A DNA stretch of 7,429 nucleotides from Candidatus Iainarchaeum sp. Its GTDB lineage: Archaea > Iainarchaeota > Iainarchaeia > Iainarchaeales > 0-14-0-20-30-16. Both the position numbers and the translations under genes were made by a program. Where the stretch lies: contig CAIWXP010000116.1 in assembly GCA_903916665.1 (NCBI GenBank), positions 1 to 7,429 of the forward strand. Reading direction: 5' to 3'. This document shows, piece by piece, positions 4,718 to 7,429 of the stretch (position 1 is the stretch's first letter; each line of letters begins with the position of its first letter). The notes beneath the pieces are model-generated. The model had not been told where the DNA came from, ran no database searches, and worked only from the letters and a program-made list of their open reading frames with translations.

Positions 4718-5731
4718 TTATAGATTAACTTCTAAAAGAATATCTTTTTCTCTTTCTTCTTTTTTAGATTTTGTTCCTAACATGGTTTCACAAACATATA
4801 AACAATCATCCAAATAATCATCTTTTTTTGGATAAATTATTTTTGCATTTAAACCAGAATAGGCTAAAAAAGGAATTATAACATTTGCCGCATGAGTATC
4901 CAAAGGAGTATCTCTAGCAACCAAACTAATTACTTTATCTGCCATTTCTTTACCCAATTGACTAGGTTGTTTTTTTGTTGAACAAACATTGGCACCTAAA
5001 ACTGTATTATCATATATCAAAACAATATCTGCACCATAACCTTTATGTTTTTCTCTGTTTTCAACAAATGTACTAATATATTCATTAAGTAAAATATTTT
5101 TTGGAGTTAAAGTATTTTTTATTCCATCAATAATATAATTGTTTACACTTTCACCATGACCATAGGAATGAACGTACATTATTGAATGTTCCAAATCTCC
5201 TTTTTCTAACATTGTAAAAGATTTTAATTTTGTTGATTCTTTTGTAAATAAAATAATTTTGCCAGGTTCTTCACCATAGCCTCTTTTTGTAATTTCTATA
5301 TTTGCGTTAACATTAATCTTTTTTAACAAAGGAATAATTACTTTTTGGAAGTAATCTCCACTTAATTTATTTTCATAGTTTGTTGGGCCCGTTAATGAAA
5401 TTTTTTGGGTTGTTGAATGATATAATAAAAGTAAATAGGGTAACATTACTGATATTAATGCAGGATGTCTAAAGTTTATTTGTGGGGCACTTTTAATTGT
5501 TTTTGGGTCAAATTCTATTTCTGTTGAGCCCTTTTCTATTCCTTTTGATTCTGCACCAGCAATTTGCTCGAATATTTTGACATAGATATAATCTTCATAG
5601 GTTAATCCAGGCTTATCTGCTGCACTTCGAATATTAATTATTTTAATGGGTTCTTTTTTTAGTGTGGAAAAAGTTAATGCTAACCGGAGTGTAAACCCGG
5701 GATGTGTCCTGTTTGCATCTATTATTATCAT
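4718..5731 (-). CDS. RNA 3'-terminal phosphate cyclase (RtcA)-fold protein lacking the catalytic His and other active-site residues; Rcl1-like
   Basis: The protein is collinear with RtcA: IIIDANRTHPGFTLRLALTFSTLKKEPIKIINIRSAADKPGL aligns with the family pattern DG..GEGGGQ.LR.ALSLS...G.P..I..IRA.R..PGL..QH. GSTEIEFDP aligns with GS....F.PG, and LDTHAANVIIPFLAYSG with (D/G)E(H/Y)L.DQL...MALA. I prefer the ATG at 5731 (MIIID...) to the track's GTG at 5740, because a TATA-like box at 5757-5769 would place the TSS near 5737. The stop is TAA at 4718-4720. Confidence 0.8.
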   Translation of the reverse strand: MIIIDANRTHPGFTLRLALTFSTLKKEPIKIINIRSAADKPGLTYEDYIYVKIFEQIAGAESKGIEKGSTEIEFDPKTIKSAPQINFRHPALISVMLPYLLLLYHSTTQKISLTGPTNYENKLSGDYFQKVIIPLLKKINVNANIEITKRGYGEEPGKIILFTKESTKLKSFTMLEKGDLEHSIMYVHSYGHGESVNNYIIDGIKNTLTPKNILLNEYISTFVENREKHKGYGADIVLIYDNTVLGANVCSTKKQPSQLGKEMADKVISLVARDTPLDTHAANVIIPFLAYSGLNAKIIYPKKDDYLDDCLYVCETMLGTKSKKEEREKDILLEVNL

Positions 5732-5756
5732 TTTTATCACACAAAAATTACAATTA

Positions 5757-5769
5757 GTATTATATATTA
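5757..5769 (-). promoter_or_regulatory. TATA-like box for the RtcA-like gene (a near-leaderless transcript is predicted)
   Basis: The minus strand reads TAATATATAATAC, centred about 32 nt upstream of the ATG at 5731. This rests on composition and position only. Confidence 0.35.
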
Positions 5770-5802
5770 GGCAAGGTTGGCTTTATAAATATTACCCAAA
5801 TT

Positions 5803-5857
5803 CCTATTATATATATAGATTTATATAACTTTTTAGTATTTATATATAATTTGGTGG
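5803..5857 (+). promoter_or_regulatory. TATA-like boxes and an SD-like GGTGG upstream of the GGR-like gene
   Basis: cctattatatatatagatttatataac (5803-5830) and atttatatataat (5838-5850) are both TATA-like. GGTGG (5853-5857) lies 4 nt upstream of the ATG at 5862 and partially matches the GGAGGTGATC-type archaeal SD. Which box is used cannot be decided from the sequence. Confidence 0.3.
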
Positions 5858-5861
5858 TTAA

Positions 5862-6887
5862 ATGAGCTTCTTGGTAATTGGCAATGAAATTGATGCTTTA
5901 ATAATAGCAAAATTTTTGAAAGAGCGAGGTTGGCCCGTTTCTTTATTATCTAAACAAAGATTTGAATATAAATCAGATTGCGAATTGGTAAATCCTGACG
6001 AATTTAAAGAAGCCGGCTATGATTATAAAAAAGGATTTTTGACTAATATTGAAACAATGGAAGTAATTGATTTATTAGGTAATAAATTTGAAACTAAAAC
6101 AAATACTATTTTGATAAATTTAGCAGTATATAAAAATGACCTATTGAAAACTTTGAAGGGTTGTAATCTCTATGAGAATTCAACCTATATTGATAAAAAT
6201 AATGAGAATATATTTATTCAACATGGGGATCATGGAACATTAATTAAATCAAAGCATGTTATTGGGGTAAATGATATTAATTTGGCAAAGACAGTTTTTG
6301 ACCCAGTAACAAAGAATTGCATCAAAGCAACAGTTGAAAGACGTGCAGAAATTGGTCGATTAACATTAAAGTTTTTAGAAAGTGGGTATATTTGGATTGT
6401 TAATTATAGTGATAGAATTGGAGAATTATGTGTTGTTTCTGATGATCCCGAGAAAGATTTAAATGAATTTATTTTTGAGAATAATTTTAAAATAATTTAT
6501 AAAAAAGGTATTGCGATTCCTTTTTTCAAGAAAGATAGAATAGTTATTAATAAAAATGTATACTTATCAGGGGCATCCGCATTAATTACAAATAATTTAA
6601 ATTTTTATAATTTGATTTTGCATTTGAAGTTTGCAGAATTAACAGGTACGTTTGCTCATGAGTTAATGACAAAGAAAAATATTAGTTATCCTTATTTTAC
6701 AAAAGAGTTTGATGAGGAATTATCAAAAATTGAGAAAAAAGGAAAAGTATTCTGGGCATTGAATAAACAAAAGAAAAATGAGTTAATCCACAAAATGAAT
6801 TTTTCAAGATTTGCTTTGGATTTTAACACAGCCTATGATAATTTATCAAGTATTTCAACAGTAAAATTAAAATTATTATTTAGCTAG
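5862..6887 (+). CDS. Geranylgeranyl reductase / FAD-dependent oxidoreductase-fold protein with degenerate cofactor motifs (function uncertain)
   Basis: The N-terminal Rossmann pattern is MSFLVIGNEIDALIIAKFLKERGWPVSLLSK, compared with the family pattern DV.VVGAGPAG..AA..LA..G..VL..EK. HVIGVNDINL corresponds to vIgADG..S, SGYIWIVNYSD to GY.WvFP.g, and VYLSGASALITNNLNFYNL to v.LvGDAAg.v.P.tG.Gi. The ORF is complete from ATG to TAG. The family assignment comes from motif order only. Confidence 0.6.
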   Translation: MSFLVIGNEIDALIIAKFLKERGWPVSLLSKQRFEYKSDCELVNPDEFKEAGYDYKKGFLTNIETMEVIDLLGNKFETKTNTILINLAVYKNDLLKTLKGCNLYENSTYIDKNNENIFIQHGDHGTLIKSKHVIGVNDINLAKTVFDPVTKNCIKATVERRAEIGRLTLKFLESGYIWIVNYSDRIGELCVVSDDPEKDLNEFIFENNFKIIYKKGIAIPFFKKDRIVINKNVYLSGASALITNNLNFYNLILHLKFAELTGTFAHELMTKKNISYPYFTKEFDEELSKIEKKGKVFWALNKQKKNELIHKMNFSRFALDFNTAYDNLSSISTVKLKLLFS

Positions 6888-6895
6888 ATGATGCC

Positions 6896-7429
6896 ATGTT
6901 TAAGAAATTATCAAATGATTTTGAGAATTTTATTAGTAATCTTAAGAAGAGTCCTATTTTTTCCTATTGGCGAGTTATTTTATTTGGAATATTAACAATA
7001 ATCTTAATTGTATTTTTATATTTGAAATTTGACTTTGTTGCATTTTGGAATTCTGTTAAACTTTTGAGTTGGCAAGCCTTTGTGTGGTTGGCATTACTAT
7101 CTATATTTGAACAGGTTTTATCCTGGGAAAGATACAAAAGGTTTTTATCAAAAAGTAATTATGCACAAATAAATGATTATATTACTGTTGCAACGGTTGG
7201 AGCGACAATTCCTCCGAAGCCTTTAGGATTATATTATAGATTTGTTTTATCTACACATTTATTTAAAACAAAAGTAAAAGAAACTGCTTTTTTAATTGCA
7301 ATAGATACTGCAATTGAAGGTATCTTTATTGTTGTTTTTGCAATTTTCGCATTGTTTTTATTTCCTCAAGTTAATTTGGGTTTAGAAGTTATATTATATT
7401 TATTGGGAATTTTAGGGATATTATATTTA
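6896..7429 (+). CDS. Multi-pass membrane protein, UPF0104 / flippase-like domain family (MprF-TM-like), 3'-truncated by the window edge
   Basis: This ORF is not in the supplied track because it has no stop in the window. I translated 178 codons with no stop from the ATG at 6896: MFKKLSNDFENFISNLKKSPIFSYWRVILFGILTIILIVFLYLKFDFVAFWNSVKLLSWQAFVWLALLSIFEQVLSWERYKRFLSK...VGATIPPKPLGLYYRFVLSTHLFKTKVKETAFLIAIDTAIEGIFIVVFAIFALFLFP... It has several hydrophobic spans. The family-typical layout is present: a basic N-terminus, a TM span, L..L..W..RW/Y..(L/F)L, and G...P...G...R. The gene starts 8 nt after the upstream stop, so it probably shares an operon with it. Confidence 0.65.
   Translation, partial: MFKKLSNDFENFISNLKKSPIFSYWRVILFGILTIILIVFLYLKFDFVAFWNSVKLLSWQAFVWLALLSIFEQVLSWERYKRFLSKSNYAQINDYITVATVGATIPPKPLGLYYRFVLSTHLFKTKVKETAFLIAIDTAIEGIFIVVFAIFALFLFPQVNLGLEVILYLLGILGILYL

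Noticed and set aside
5646-5828. 60-aa plus-strand ORF from the track
   Set aside because: It overlaps the conserved N-terminus of the RtcA-like CDS on the opposite strand and then runs through the TATA-box-rich divergent promoter. The sequence is low-complexity and I recognise no family.
6888-6995. The ATGATG at 6888-6893 as an alternative start for the downstream gene
   Set aside because: That frame terminates after 35 codons (TAA at 6993-6995). The ATG at 6896, in the other frame, stays open for 178 codons to the window end and encodes TM helices.
1-7429. CRISPR arrays, transposase or integrase genes, terminal inverted repeats, rRNA, or known defence-system genes
   Set aside because: None were found on either strand. 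All long ORFs are accounted for by the features listed, and the intergenic regions are short (under 130 nt).

Overview
This is a strongly AT-rich, tightly packed window with archaeal hallmarks. These are an archaeal/eukaryal-type TyrRS, a tRNA interrupted at 37/38 by a bulge-helix-bulge intron, TATA-like boxes upstream of gene starts, and oligo-T terminator tracts. The Asn/Ile/Lys-rich, fast-diverged proteins suggest a small-genome (DPANN-like) archaeon, but the taxon is inference only. Gene order: [3-2789 +] the 3' part of a large GLUG-repeat surface protein entering from the left edge (the track start at 435 is an artefact). [2916-3953 +] tyrS. [3958 (alt 3943)-4362 +] a small GNAT acetyltransferase coupled to tyrS. 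[4467-4616 -] a tRNA(CAU) with a 76-nt intron. [4718-5731 (alt 5740) -] an RtcA-fold protein lacking the cyclase catalytic residues (Rcl1-like). [5862-6887 +] a geranylgeranyl-reductase-fold protein with eroded FAD motifs. [6896-7429 +] the 5' part of a UPF0104/flippase-like membrane protein running off the right edge, which is absent from the ORF track. The best candidate for something new is the tRNA intron. It carries two UGAUGA boxes, a clean k-turn, and two antisense elements that place C34 and U39 of its own pre-tRNA at the N+5 position of D-like boxes. That is a tRNA-Trp-intron-style box C/D guide inside a CAU tRNA, and it sits directly downstream of the apparently catalytically dead RtcA homologue. 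I saw no CRISPR array, mobile element, rRNA or recognisable defence gene.
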